From Octopus bimaculoides (taxonomy: Eukaryota), in the NCBI RefSeq assembly GCF_001194135.2, contig NC_068990.1:62326990-62377475 (forward strand): DNA of 50,486 nt, read 5' to 3'. Both the position numbers and the translations under genes were made by a program. The stretch's first letter is position 1; each line of letters starts with the position of its first letter. Positions 11,228 through 23,519 of the stretch are shown piece by piece. The notes under the pieces were generated by a model that was not told the DNA's origin, did not search any database, and worked only from the letters and a program-made list of their open reading frames with translations.

Positions 11228-11469
11228 GTTTCAAATTTTGACAAAAAGCTTGCATTTTCGGGGGCGGGGTATGTCGATTACATTGACCCCAGTGTTCAAC
11301 TGGTACTAATTTTATCAAGCCCGAAACGATGAAAGGCAAAATCAACCTCGGTGAAATTTAAACTCAGAACGTAGCGACAGGGCTAAGCATTTTGCCCGGC
11401 GTGCTACTTTAATAATAATAATATTAAGGCATGCTGCCTTAATAATAATATTTTGCCCGGCTCGCTGCC

Positions 11470-11524
<55 letters not shown>

Positions 11525-11726
11525 TCCTTTCTACTATATACACAAGGCCTGGATTTTGTGGGGAAGGGGACAGGCAATCACATCGACCCCGGTAGTCAGC
11601 TGGTATCTAATTTATCGACACCGAAAGGATGAAAGGCAAAGTCGACATCGGCGGAACGTAGCGGCAGACGAAATACCGCTAAGCATTTCGTCCAGCGTGC
11701 TAATTATTCTACCAGCTTGCTGCCTT
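11228..11726 (-). mobile_element. Two SINE family B copies (11228-11408, 11524-11726; Meta/MESC-like core) separated by (AAT)n
   Basis: The core gatgaaaggcaaagtcgac..cggcggaa..gaactcagaacgtag is shared by more than ten copies in the window. The domain name comes from recall. Confidence 0.8.
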
Positions 11727-11739
11727 AATGATGATGATG

Positions 11740-11748
11740 ATAATAATG

Positions 11749-11802
<54 letters not shown>
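11740..11802. repeat. (AAT)n microsatellite
   Basis: Directly visible. Confidence 0.95.
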
Positions 11803-11804
<2 letters not shown>

Positions 11805-12654
11805 GAAAGAAGTGAAATGAAACCAGCACGTGTGTTTATTACTGTCTGAATAAGCCTCTCAAGACACGCAAAAAATACAAATTAATCAATTTTAAATTAA
11901 TCTTAAGTAACTAAAATTTATTTACTCAAACATTATAACAACAATGACTTCACATGTTGGAGAGGATACATTTAATTGCTTTCTGTGAGTGATGATTCCA
12001 ATGAAATGGATTCCACCGACAATTTTACGTCATCAGTTCGGTTTATAAATGTACCTCATGTTCTTCACATTAACTGACTGTTTGAGTTGCTGTTTTCTGA
12101 TCTAAGCATTTAAAAGGCTGTGAAAACTTTGAGGACACCTTAACTATGAAGCATGATATTTGTTTAAATAAAACAACTGTAACATCAAATCTGAAGTTTT
12201 AGGAAAACAACGGCATTCAACAACACTAACAAGAAAGTATCAAGCAAAAAAGAAAAATAAATTAAAATTAAAAAAACAACAACAACAAAAAAATCAGTGG
12301 TATTAGTGATAACGATAAGTCTAGAAGCATCATTTTGCAAATTGCGAGCTATTCGAGTCTTTATTGAGAGACGCATCTTACTGCAATTTGCTGCCAGGAA
12401 TGTTAGCATTTGCAATCTTGCCTGCAACTGAACAGGTGAAGATAAATATATAATGCCCATTAACGTGAATCATTTCTGTAAAAGTGGAATGAATACAATG
12501 GAGATAAGTTCTGCTTTACTATTCCAGAAACAGCAGCCTATCACTAGATGCACTAATTTCTTGTTTGTATTCCTCACTTCACAGTGAAGCGAGTAATAAA
12601 ATTTCCTTCTGTTTAAAAACCATTAAATTTAATGGACCATGAAACTGATAGCCA

Positions 12655-13640
12655 ACGGAGGTTGGGAATAGAAGTCGATTAAATCTATCGAAATCTATCA
12701 ACTTTACTTATTTTATCGACCCGAGAGGGTTGAAAAATAATATTCGGCCCTAGTGGGATTTGAATTCGCATCTGTGACGTATTGAGCCGGACGTAATAAA
12801 TTATCTAGCCACACTGCTCTGCAATCTTTGCCGTCTCCACAACCATTTTGTCAGAAGTTAGGTATGAGAATCACAGAAACGAAAGAAAAAAAAGAGGTAG
12901 AAGAAAAATTAATTTTCAAACACTCTTGACGTGGTTTACACATTTGATTTTCCCGATATATTCGCTATTTGTCTGTGTGTTAATTAGCCAGGGAAATTCT
13001 TCTGTCGTCTACGTCTAACTCTATGGCGGATGTACCATGTATTCTGTTAAACATAATGATTCGTATGGCATTATGTCTTCAACGGTTCACAATACTTGGA
13101 GTCATTTCTACTAACAAGAATGCTGTGGCTGTTAATACCTTTATCTGCTCCTAAAGCGCATGCAGTGCTAAGAAGATTCGTTCGGGATTCTTAAAAGCAA
13201 TCTCTTTTTGCCTGGAAATTGCTGGGTGGTGATACCATTATCACTTCTGCTTTCTTGAAGCAATAAATAATTGACTGTGATTGATTGGTCAATAGGATTT
13301 TATTTTATCAGTCTCGAAAAAGGACGAGAGACGAAGTTGATATCGGAAGGATTCGAACTCAGAACATAAAAAGCTAGAATTAGATACAACAAGGTATTTT
13401 GTCTGATATTCTAATGATTCTACCAGACTAAAACCTTAACTGAAATTAATGATATCAAAATATCAGTTTCAAATTTTAGCACAAGGCCAGCAGTTTCGGG
13501 TGAATGGGGAAGTGCTCGACTGGTGTTTATTTCGTCGACTCCGAAAGAATGAACGGCATACTCAACTTTTGAACTCCGAACGTAAAGACGGACGAAATGT
13601 CACAAACATTTTGCTCGGCATGCTAACGATTTCGCCCGAT
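12655..13640 (-). mobile_element. Three degenerate SINE-B-related copies (about 12655-12830, 13270-13430, 13462-13640)
   Basis: Motifs tttatcgacccg, gatttgaattcgca, gattcgaactcagaac, gaactccgaacgtaaagacggacgaaatg. Confidence 0.6.
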
Positions 13641-14101
13641 CACCGCATTAATGTTATCGAAATATCATTTCATAAAACATTTTATATTTGTTTGACTGAT
13701 AACGGACATGAGACCAGCCTGAGAATAAGAAACCTTATTGGTTTTTCTTCAGTCTTCTGACTGAATCAGTTTACAATATTATCTCACCATCTAGTTACTT
13801 GAATTAACATCCAGGAAAAATGTGACGCAGAACATGTTCATTACATGAATAAGTGTTCTTTGCTTTACTCATGTACCTCTAAGAATATTTTGCATAGTCA
13901 AAAGGCTATACCCAGCCATGTGATTACTCGAAAGACCTGACGGTATTAACTCCTCTCGTCTGACATTGGTTATACTCTTGGGTGAGAGAAGAAAATCTAG
14001 TTAATATTTGCATGTATGAGAACAAAAAATTCTAATCAAACATTGTGAGTTGCAGGCACTTATTTTTCGACCCAAACAGAATATCAGCTCTGAGAACTGA
14101 A

Positions 14102-14102
<1 letters not shown>

Positions 14103-14195
<93 letters not shown>
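14103..14195. repeat. (TATC)n(TGTC)n compound microsatellite
   Basis: Directly visible. Confidence 0.95.
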
Positions 14196-14197
<2 letters not shown>

Positions 14198-14339
14198 CGT
14201 CCTCTCGGTATATATGTATATACAGAGAGAGGACAGACCGATAGACATACAGACAGACAGACAAAAAAAAAAGAAAATGAAAACCAATAACAAAAACAGG
14301 ATTTAAGAGTCATCTATATGCTGTTATTACTCACTTAAC

Positions 14340-14620
14340 TAAGGCGGTGAGCTGACAAAATATTTAGTACGCTGGGGTAAAATACTTAGCGGCATTTCGT
14401 CCCGAGTTCAAATTTTCATTCTGAGTTCAAATGCAGCCGAGGTCGACTTTGCCTTTTATCCTTCCTGGGTCGATAAAATAAGTACCAATTGAGCACTGAG
14501 GCTGATAAAATAAAGAAACCGTTGAGCACTGGGTCAATGAAATCGACTTACCCTCTACCCCCAAATTGCTGGCATGCCCACTACCCCAAAATTGATGGAC
14601 TTGTGCCAAAATTTGAAACT
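14340..14620 (+). mobile_element. SINE family B copy with short internal duplications
   Basis: aaggcggtgagctg..cttagcggcatttcgtc..gagttcaaat (twice)..gaggtcgactttgcctttt..gtcgataaaataagtacc. Confidence 0.8.
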
Positions 14621-16047
14621 ACTATTACTCACTGAACCGTCATGAGGATATATCTCTAGTTACGCTTGGAATATATTCCAAAGTTAAATTTATTTAACTT
14701 ACTGCTCAGCTGGAGTCGAATACGGAACGAACACTATTCATGAGGAGATCAAATCTTGAGGAAACAACCGATGATATGAATCGAGACTAAAATGACAAAA
14801 TCTCTTTATCTAGTGAAGAAAAATGTTTTCATAATGACAGGCCATGGAAAGAGTGGTAAGAGAAAAAATAAGCAGATAAAATAAAATATCGGGCCGTAAC
14901 GAAATTTCTAGACCCAACGATCCTTTAGACCGATTCAGGCTATTGTGTCCACTTTCAAACTATTGTCGATATATCGAGTAATTGAAGTCAGTCTCTGAAT
15001 TACTTGATAGACCAAACTTTCAACACGATGGACCGTTTGACAGTGACTGACTGCTCTAAAATGTGCTAAGTCAATTACTCACCCAATGATTCGAAACGCG
15101 ATTGTCACAATCTGCCCGGTGCACTATTCACACTCCAGTTCGTACTAGTCTCGGTGATACATAACTGATGTAGTCTCAACTGTTACAGAGTTACTCATCA
15201 ACCCATTTAAATTCTAATTGACTAAAAGTATTTTTAATATTTTTGATTTTATAAAAATTTTCTTTTGTATGTTACAAGGGCGGTGACAAGGAGGCAATTA
15301 TAATTGCGTCGAGTCAAAATAGAAATATAACTAGAATTTAACTTGTATTGCTGATCACTGAACGACGCATGTCTTGAAATTTACTTCAATAAAGCGATTA
15401 GTGATTAGCAAGATATTATTTGAGCCATAAGAATGATTTTTTTTTCTAAATGTAAAGTGTATTATTTAGGGTATCAATTAGAGAACGCTAGGCTGGTTAT
15501 TATCAGTGCGAATATTGAAATTTATACAATCTTTAGGATAAGATCAGAGAACAGCTAATGATTAAAAGCAACAGCTAGGATAATTTTATACCTGATATCC
15601 AATCACAGTCAAAATGATTAAGAATTAAAAGTATTAAATATGAAATATTCAATTTAACGTGCTTAAATGCAAAACAATTATATAAAGAGGTGTTTTCGCA
15701 CAAACACACACACACACACATACACACACACAAACACACACACATATACTTACATACACACACGCACGCACACGTACAAACACACACACACACACATACA
15801 CAGATGCTGACACATATATTATACATGACTAATATGGTTTATTAATGAATTTATATCTGCCATCACCCAGCCACTTTTCTTGATTCATGGCAGCAATTAT
15901 TTGTATGACTTCCACAATTACATTGGAACCAGTAAATATACTTGAGATGTTGCATTTCATCAGATACTTGGTCTGTCTATTTTGTCAGTCTCTCTCTCGT
16001 CTCTCTTTCCGTCTGCAAGAGTATGTATGTATGTATGCATGCATGTG

Positions 16048-16122
<75 letters not shown>

Positions 16123-16172
16123 TCACGCACACACACACCGCACATATACATGTTTATATATATGTACACAGT

Positions 16173-16209
<37 letters not shown>

Positions 16210-16250
16210 ACACTAGTATGTGTGTGTGTGTGTGTGTGTGTGTTTGTGTG
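16048..16250. repeat. (TATC)n, (TA)n and (TG)n microsatellite cluster
   Basis: Directly visible. Confidence 0.95.
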
Positions 16251-17087
16251 TGCATACATACACACATTCATACATATACAGATATCATAGTTTGCAAATG
16301 AAACAAAGAGACAGTACTCAATCCATATTGTAAAGTAAATTGTTCATTCCTACTGAATATACATGCGTGTATTTCTAAGTCAGTATATGAACTAAAAGAG
16401 ACCAATTGTTCTTTCAAAGATGTCATGCTGAAAACTCGACCATCTCTAATTTTAAACATTTTTCTCCTCCCACTATTTCGAATGTACAAATCTTTTTTGT
16501 TACTATTGACGCGTGGTTGTATACAGTCATTTTCTAAACTTCTAACATCTTCAAATGTTTAGTATTAATATTCAAAATTTTATCATAAATTTCGGCTTTC
16601 CACCTTAGAACGTACCGTAAGCTGTCGGTCACGCCTAGCGCTGTCTGGTTTGAGATACTAGATGAGGAAAGAATGCCAACGGTTTTGCCTGAGGATCACT
16701 ACTTAAAAGAATCAGTCGTCACATTCTGACCTTTGCAAGTCTATGAAGGAGAAAATTTACTTTTTGAATCAAGATGGCTTCTACAATCTTCCTACACCTC
16801 GTTGCTATAGATTTTTCACTGGATTTTAAGATTATTTACAGTGTTTTTATATTTAGAAGTTCGTTGAGTATATGTGTAAATAGTGCGTTTGGCTCCTCAC
16901 TTTGAAGATATAATTCAGTTGTCTACTGAGATTCGTACATATTTCGTTAATATAAGAAATATTTTGACATGAGCAATCGTTGTCTCCCTTTGTACTTGTT
17001 ACTCCACCGTCTGACGGCTGATATTGAACATAGATGTACTTGCCGTTGTCGCTATGTGTTAAATGTATTTTAAGTTGTAGGAAGTTG

Positions 17088-17141
<54 letters not shown>

Positions 17142-17444
17142 CTTTGGAACTTGGCATACAGATGCTGCTACTAGCTTTGATCTTATATATTGTATGCCTA
17201 AATCTAGTTATTGATGGAAGTTTCTATAGAGTGCATTTTCTTTCGCTAACATTTTTATAATACTTTTGTTGGTTATATTCTGTGTAGATATTTTTGTTAT
17301 TTTCGTAGTAAACCTTGAATCAGATTTCTAGTTCAGATATCCTTTCCCGTTCATTTGTGGAAGATTCCGAGGAAGATTGTGAGTTCAAATTTGAGAAGTC
17401 CATATATCTTTTTACCTTCTATGTGATTTGTTTATTATTAAACT

Positions 17445-17706
17445 GCGGCCATGCTTCGGCACCGTCTTGAAAAAATGTCAGTCAAATGAATCGAACCTAT
17501 TACTTCAATATTTTTTAAAACCTGGTACTTATTCTATCGGTTACTTATGCCGAACTGTTAAGTTACGTGAACGTAAACACAGAAATACACACACACACGC
17601 ACATACAAACACACACACACACGCGCGCAGATGCATGTGTGTATCATGTGCTTCTTTCCGTTTTCGCCCACCACATCCAATCACTAGACATTGGTCAGCC
17701 TGAGAC
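17445..17706 (-). mobile_element. SINE family A (head lost in the N gap)
   Basis: Reverse complement of the SINE-A body (ctgcggccatgct..ggtacttattctatcgg..aagttacg). Confidence 0.8.
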
Positions 17707-17831
17707 NNNNNNNNNNNNNNNNNNNNNNNNNNNNNNNNNNNNNNNNNNNNNNNNNNNNNNNNNNNNNNNNNNNNNNNNNNNNNNNNNNNNNNNNNNNNNN
17801 NNNNNNNNNNNNNNNNNNNNNNNNNNNNNNN

Positions 17832-17874
<43 letters not shown>

Positions 17875-17906
17875 GTATGTGTGTGTTTGTGTGTGTGTGT
17901 GTTTGT

Positions 17907-17940
<34 letters not shown>

Positions 17941-18729
17941 AACAATAAATATCCGGACTTTTGTCATAGTAACGAAGCTAAAGTGATCTCTGTTGTGCAT
18001 GTTCACCAAGTTTTAATGTTCTAGCTCACTTCTGCTGTTTATAACAGTGCTTGGAAGTAACGTGAGTGACGTGTGACCGTCGCATGAACCATGACAGAGA
18101 AAGATATCTGTTCAGAGGCCTACGCAAAGTTGTAGAGAGTGTATTGAGAGGAGTGTTTGAACTGCACAAAAGTGTACGAATGGTTCAGACGTTTACAAGA
18201 TGGCCTAAAAAATGTCAATATTGACGAACGTTCTTGGAGAACTCCAACCAGCAGAACTGAGAAAAACATCGCAAATGCGCATATAAATGTGGGAAATCAT
18301 CGAATCACCAAACGTGAGTTATTAGAGGATGCTCAGCAGATTAGTTACGGTTCAGTTCAGTCCATCATCATTGAAGATTTGGGTATGTGACGTGTATCTG
18401 TAAAGTTTGTGCCAAAACTGCTTTCAGCTGACCAAAAGAACACTCGGGTTTCAGTTGCACAAGATCTCCTTGATAGTGTCGAGAACGATGAAAACTTTCT
18501 GAAAACTTTGCGTAGGCCTTTGGGCAGGTATCGCCAAGCTTTTTGCAAAATTTAGTGCAGATTCTCGACTCATCTTCTTCTATCATGGTCAATGCGACAA
18601 ACACACTCTACACACGTTACTCCCACGCATTGCTGTAGACGGAGGAAATGAGCTTTAACGTTAAAACTTATTGCGCATGTGCAGCAGAGTTCAAGGTGAT
18701 TCTGTCCAAAAGGGCTTTACTCTCTGTGC
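17941..18729 (+). mobile_element. Mariner-family foldback derivative: 5' end, HTH-coding half, then an inverted copy of the 5' end
   Basis: Plus strand: VYEWFRRLQDG..DERS..ISYGSVQSIIIEDLGM*RVSVKFVPKLLSADQK..DENFLK. From about 18510 the minus strand encodes MIEEDESRICTKFCKKLGDTCPKAYAK plus upstream 5' sequence. Confidence 0.85.
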
Positions 18730-19086
18730 NNNNNNNNNNNNNNNNNNNNNNNNNNNNNNNNNNNNNNNNNNNNNNNNNNNNNNNNNNNNNNNNNNNNNNN
18801 NNNNNNNNNNNNNNNNNNNNNNNNNNNNNNNNNNNNNNNNNNNNNNNNNNNNNNNNNNNNNNNNNNNNNNNNNNNNNNNNNNNNNNNNNNNNNNNNNNNN
18901 NNNNNNNNNNNNNNNNNNNNNNNNNNNNNNNNNNNNNNNNNNNNNNNNNNNNNNNNNNNNNNNNNNNNNNNNNNNNNNNNNNNNNNNNNNNNNNNNNNNN
19001 NNNNNNNNNNNNNNNNNNNNNNNNNNNNNNNNNNNNNNNNNNNNNNNNNNNNNNNNNNNNNNNNNNGGTTTGTGATCTTTTAGAAT

Positions 19087-19620
19087 AAAACGAGGTTGTT
19101 TGGGGTCAAGAGGTTCAGTCTTCATCTGTAAGTCATATTTCTCCATAATTTTCTTAGCGTCTAGGTTAGCTTTCCTGATAGCACTTTTACCAATAATCCC
19201 ATAATTCTTTTGTATATCTTTCCAAAGCAATTCTAGGTAGTAATCCTTGGTAAGTCTGTATATGTTTCCTGTTTTATCAAATTGAACCAGTAAACCATCG
19301 ATGTTGTGAATTTCTTTGGTGATATTGTGAAGATATCTCAGATATTTATTCTTTAAGGGTGAACGATGGAATTTAACATACTTCACAATAGACCAAAGAT
19401 CGTCTTCAAGCTGTTTCAATCTTGTTTTAGATTCCACTCTGTAACGAAGAACACTGTCTCATTCTTTGCTCGGAGAACTCTCTTGTAAACACGTTTAAAG
19501 AACGCGTTTATCGTTGCAAACATTGGCAAACATTACCTTTAGTTCCTATAAGTAATTTCTACCAACCTATAAAATTCGACTTTTATCTGTCTTCTTGCAT
19601 TTCCACTACATATATCTATT
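19087..19620 (-). mobile_element. Penelope-like element, N-terminal region leading into the RT (runs into a gap)
   Basis: LLVQFDKTGNIYRLTKDYYLELL..IQKNY..NLDAKKIMEKYDL..PRFILKDHK matches the PLE motifs ADKTxNxY and FITLKDHK. Confidence 0.85.
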
Positions 19621-19671
19621 TACACGCCTTTAAGCTTTATTTCCACTCATCGATCGCATTGTGTTTCTCCA

Positions 19672-19716
19672 CTTCTGTTAATTTCTGTTAATTTCTGTTA
19701 ATTTTCTGTTAATTTC
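19672..19716. repeat. 10-bp tandem repeat (TTCTGTTAAT), about 4 copies
   Basis: cttctgttaatttctgttaatttctgttaattttctgttaatttc. Confidence 0.9.
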
Positions 19717-20258
19717 TTTCTTTTTCCTCTTTCTCTTTCTCTAAATTGCCTTTGACGTTAAATCTATTAACGGTTTTTTAAAAAATTAACTTGCCAGCGT
19801 TCCCTTCATCATATACGTGGTATTTACATTCGGCTAAAATGGCTCATTAATGTGTTTTGTTTCTCTTTTTTCCCTGGTTTATTCCAAAATTTCCTCTCAT
19901 ACCTACAGATGTTCGATTACAATTTAAGGCACTTCAATCTCCAGTCAAATTAAGTTTTGTTTATTTCAAATTAACAAATCTAAGGGTTAATCCCTCGAAG
20001 TAGTTCGATTTCATCACTCTACTACATACTTCTCCCACGGTCAACTCTATGCTGGTTGATCACGAGTTAGACACCAACAAAAACTTACACCGTGAATATT
20101 ATTTACCCTGAGGTGCTTCAAGATTGAGAGATCTTCAATTCTAAATTCTATTATCATTACAATTTGGATATTTTATAACAAAATATAGATATTTTGAAAT
20201 AATTATGAGAAAATATTTTTATATTTATTGTTTACTAATCTCAATAAGAACAGCAGTA

Positions 20259-20286
20259 ACCCGGGCAACGCCGGGTAATTCAACAA

Positions 20287-20288
<2 letters not shown>
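20259..20288 (+). mobile_element. Helitron 3' terminus (hairpin plus CTAG-like end)
   Basis: An ACCCGG-gcaacg-CCGGGT hairpin (20259-20276) followed 8 nt later by CAAG|T (canonical CTAG|T) and then (TA)n. The 5' end was not located. Confidence 0.7.
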
Positions 20289-20320
<32 letters not shown>

Positions 20321-20330
20321 NNNNNNNNNN

Positions 20331-20368
<38 letters not shown>

Positions 20369-20664
20369 TTGTTGACAGAATGTTGTAAGGCCTCAGGTAA
20401 GTAGGGAAGGGGCAGTATTGTCATCTCCATACTGCATTTCATTCACTTTGTTGGTGCTGGTGTAACACTGGGAGTGCAGTCATGATAGATTAAAAAGTCC
20501 TCCATCAAAACGGCACTTGATTTCTATGCCAGTATCCAAATTTGACATGTTAGTAGTTTCTGCAATTGTTAAATTCTAGGTGACAACATTTTACCGTATT
20601 ATAATATTCCAATATCTGAAGACATTAGGTTTCGCTGGTGTGTGCACATGACATGAACACATTT

Positions 20665-20695
<31 letters not shown>

Positions 20696-20789
20696 ACACT
20701 CATGCACACACACACACATACACACACTCATGCACACACACACACATACACATACGAAGGCACGACACACACACTCATCGTACAACCAT

Positions 20790-21350
20790 CACCTGGATGT
20801 GATCCACCATTAGCGGAACCTCCAATGAATGTGTTCAACGTTGCCCTTATCTTGGTAGACTCTTGTCTGTCCAATGTACATCATCAAAGTATATAGAAAA
20901 CAGGAACCAAGCAGGATACTCAGCGTTTTTGGAAGATCTCCAGTGGGGTCGTTGGGAGCAGTAGTCTTAGCGTGCAAACCAAAATGATTGTGTGCAATGC
21001 TATAGTTGTGTCTACCCTGCTGCATGGGTGTGAGACGTGTACCTTGTACACCATGACTTGTAAAAACTTGAACAACTGAATCAAAATAAACTCGGGTCTA
21101 CTTTGAACATCGAATAGGAAGACTATGTTACCAACAGTGGCGTACTATAGAAAGCATGACAAATTATCATCGTAGCTACAATCATCAAATGGGCAGGATA
21201 CGTGGCTCGCATGGGGTAAAACAGGTTCCCAAAGATATTCCTATTTAGGGAAATGAACAATGGGAGGCCCTCTGCGACGCTATATAGACCATTTGAAGGA
21301 AACTCTGAAGAATATTGGTGTAGATCAAAATTCCTGGGAAATGACAGGAA
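20790..21350 (+). mobile_element. Decayed RTE-BovB-like LINE fragment (RT thumb and C-terminal region)
   Basis: SLSVQTKMIVCNAIVVSTLLHGCETCTLY / WAGYVARMG*NRFPKIFLFRE / RRYIDHLKETLKNIGVDQNSWE. Confidence 0.85.
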
Positions 21351-22639
21351 TTTGTTCACGTCATGCCCACAAACCAGCAAAATATTTAGTTATTAGAATG
21401 TCACAATACGGTGAACTGTGAATTTAATTATTAGAATGTCATAATACGGTAAACCTAGAATTCAATACACTTAGCCCCTCACCCGGAACCTGCTAGCCTT
21501 ATGCTAAAATTTGAAACCAGTATAGTAAGTCCTCGTATACGTTGTTTTCATAGAAACAGCCAAATATAAAAAGTGAGCCGTATTTATAAATGTCATTCTA
21601 TTCGATCAACTTAATCACAAACTTTGTGTTTCCTTGAATTCAATGAATAAGTTACACAAACCATTAATATGTATTTCTGTATTTTTCTTTTTTTTTATAT
21701 ATACATTCCGTATCATTTGACAGAGAAATGGTTCTACATGCTTCAAACAACACAAATCTTTTGTCAACCGGGTATGATTTCTTAGTTTTGTAATTAAATA
21801 TGAGTCTTCGTATGATTCTCTTAAACTATATTTCTTGAGCCATTGTATATTTATCAAAAAATTGCTTTTGTTCTTTCATATATATCAGAAGAAAAAAAAA
21901 ACGAAAACAAAAACAAAACAAAACAAAAGTAAAAAAAAAAAACCCAACCCAAAACAAAAGAACCCCAGAAAGATTCATGTGTTTAGAAGGTATGTTAATA
22001 TCAAATCATATTTTTCAGTTGAGTTGGCTTCAGACTTTTATTCATCAATATTTGTTAGAAATAAAGAAACTGGGCAGTTGATTCATAGCCAAAAGCAAAA
22101 CTAAGTTCATATTGCAAACAAGATTTGTTGCACTCACTTACTTTTTACTTGCAAGAATGTTAAATTTGTACATTTTCATTCATTTTCCGATTCCTGTTAC
22201 TGCATGCAGATTCTGCTGGAAGAGTTTTTATTTCAGTTTATTTTCTGCCATATCTTTATTGCAACAAACTTAACCGTTTATTCAAGAGGAAGATTTGTCA
22301 ATTGTATGGAATAAAAAAAAGGTAACTAATATTTTGAAAATAACTTTAAGAAGATACTTGAAACAAAAACTGAGTTACAATAGTCAAGGTAAATTCCTAT
22401 TTATAACAGTTTAAATCTGGCAATAATTTAAAGAAAAAAAAAACTTTTTAAGGCCTTCTTTTATATTTATTTGTATTAATTTTATATGAAATAAATTATT
22501 CGCGAAAATAGAAAACGTTGGGTCATTCATGTTTGATTTTACGAACAAATTACACATTTTCTACAATTATCTCAACAAGCGTCTTCTATTGCGACACTAT
22601 TTAATGCCTATCTTTTTTATCTATTATCTTTTGGTTGTT

Positions 22640-22890
22640 TCAGTTACTAGACTGCGGCCATGCTGGGGCACGTCCTTGAAGAATTTTTAGTCGAACGAAT
22701 CGATCCCAGTATTTATTTTTAAGCTTGGTATTTATTCTCTTTCGCCGAACCACCAAGTTACGGGGATGCAAACACACCAGCATCGGTTGTAAAGCAGTGG
22801 TGGGGGATAAACACAGACATAAACACGCGCGCGCGCGCGTATATATACGACGGGCTCCTTTCAGTGTCCGTCTACCACATCCACTCACAG
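22640..22890 (-). mobile_element. SINE family A (head truncated)
   Basis: gactgcggccatgctggggc..gcgt atatatacgacgggctcctttcagtgtccgtctaccacatccactcacag. Confidence 0.85.
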
Positions 22891-22988
22891 GTCCTTTTCT
22901 AGCATCCCAACTTCCTCTCTGCCTCTTTCGCATCTTCTCACTATTAGCTGTAGACTTTCTCCCTTCCTTCCCTGTTCTCTCTGCTCTC

Positions 22989-23028
<40 letters not shown>

Positions 23029-23519
23029 AGCCTCCTTCCCTTCTATCTACTGCCTACACGTGATCCGTGACTAATTTTCTCGTCTCTCTGCCTTTTCGCC
23101 ACCGGACGCTTAGCCTGCCGGTCAACATTTTCTCCCCTCTTACTAATTCTCTTTTTTTTTATATATATCCATTGAGGATTTCTCCTAAGCGTTACTCTTC
23201 ATACATGTGGTTGGTCGAAAGGCTGTATTTATTCCGTCTTCGTCTATTTTTTCAAATTACATTTGTTTACTTTCGTATGTCTACCCTGTATTGTTTTGTT
23301 TGCTCAAGCTCTAATTCTATGCAAATTTTGTGGGTGCCACCGATATACAAAGTTCTCAGTCTTACCATTAAAGGCACGAAACTGAATAATAGTATTTTTG
23401 GTTGATAACTGATGAAGAATTAGAGTCCTACTGTGTCTGTTTGTGTTCGGATTGTCCTTGCACAGGAGCCATCCGGACTCCCGTTTCGCCGTGAACCGGG
23501 ATTAATCTTCTCTCTTCGC

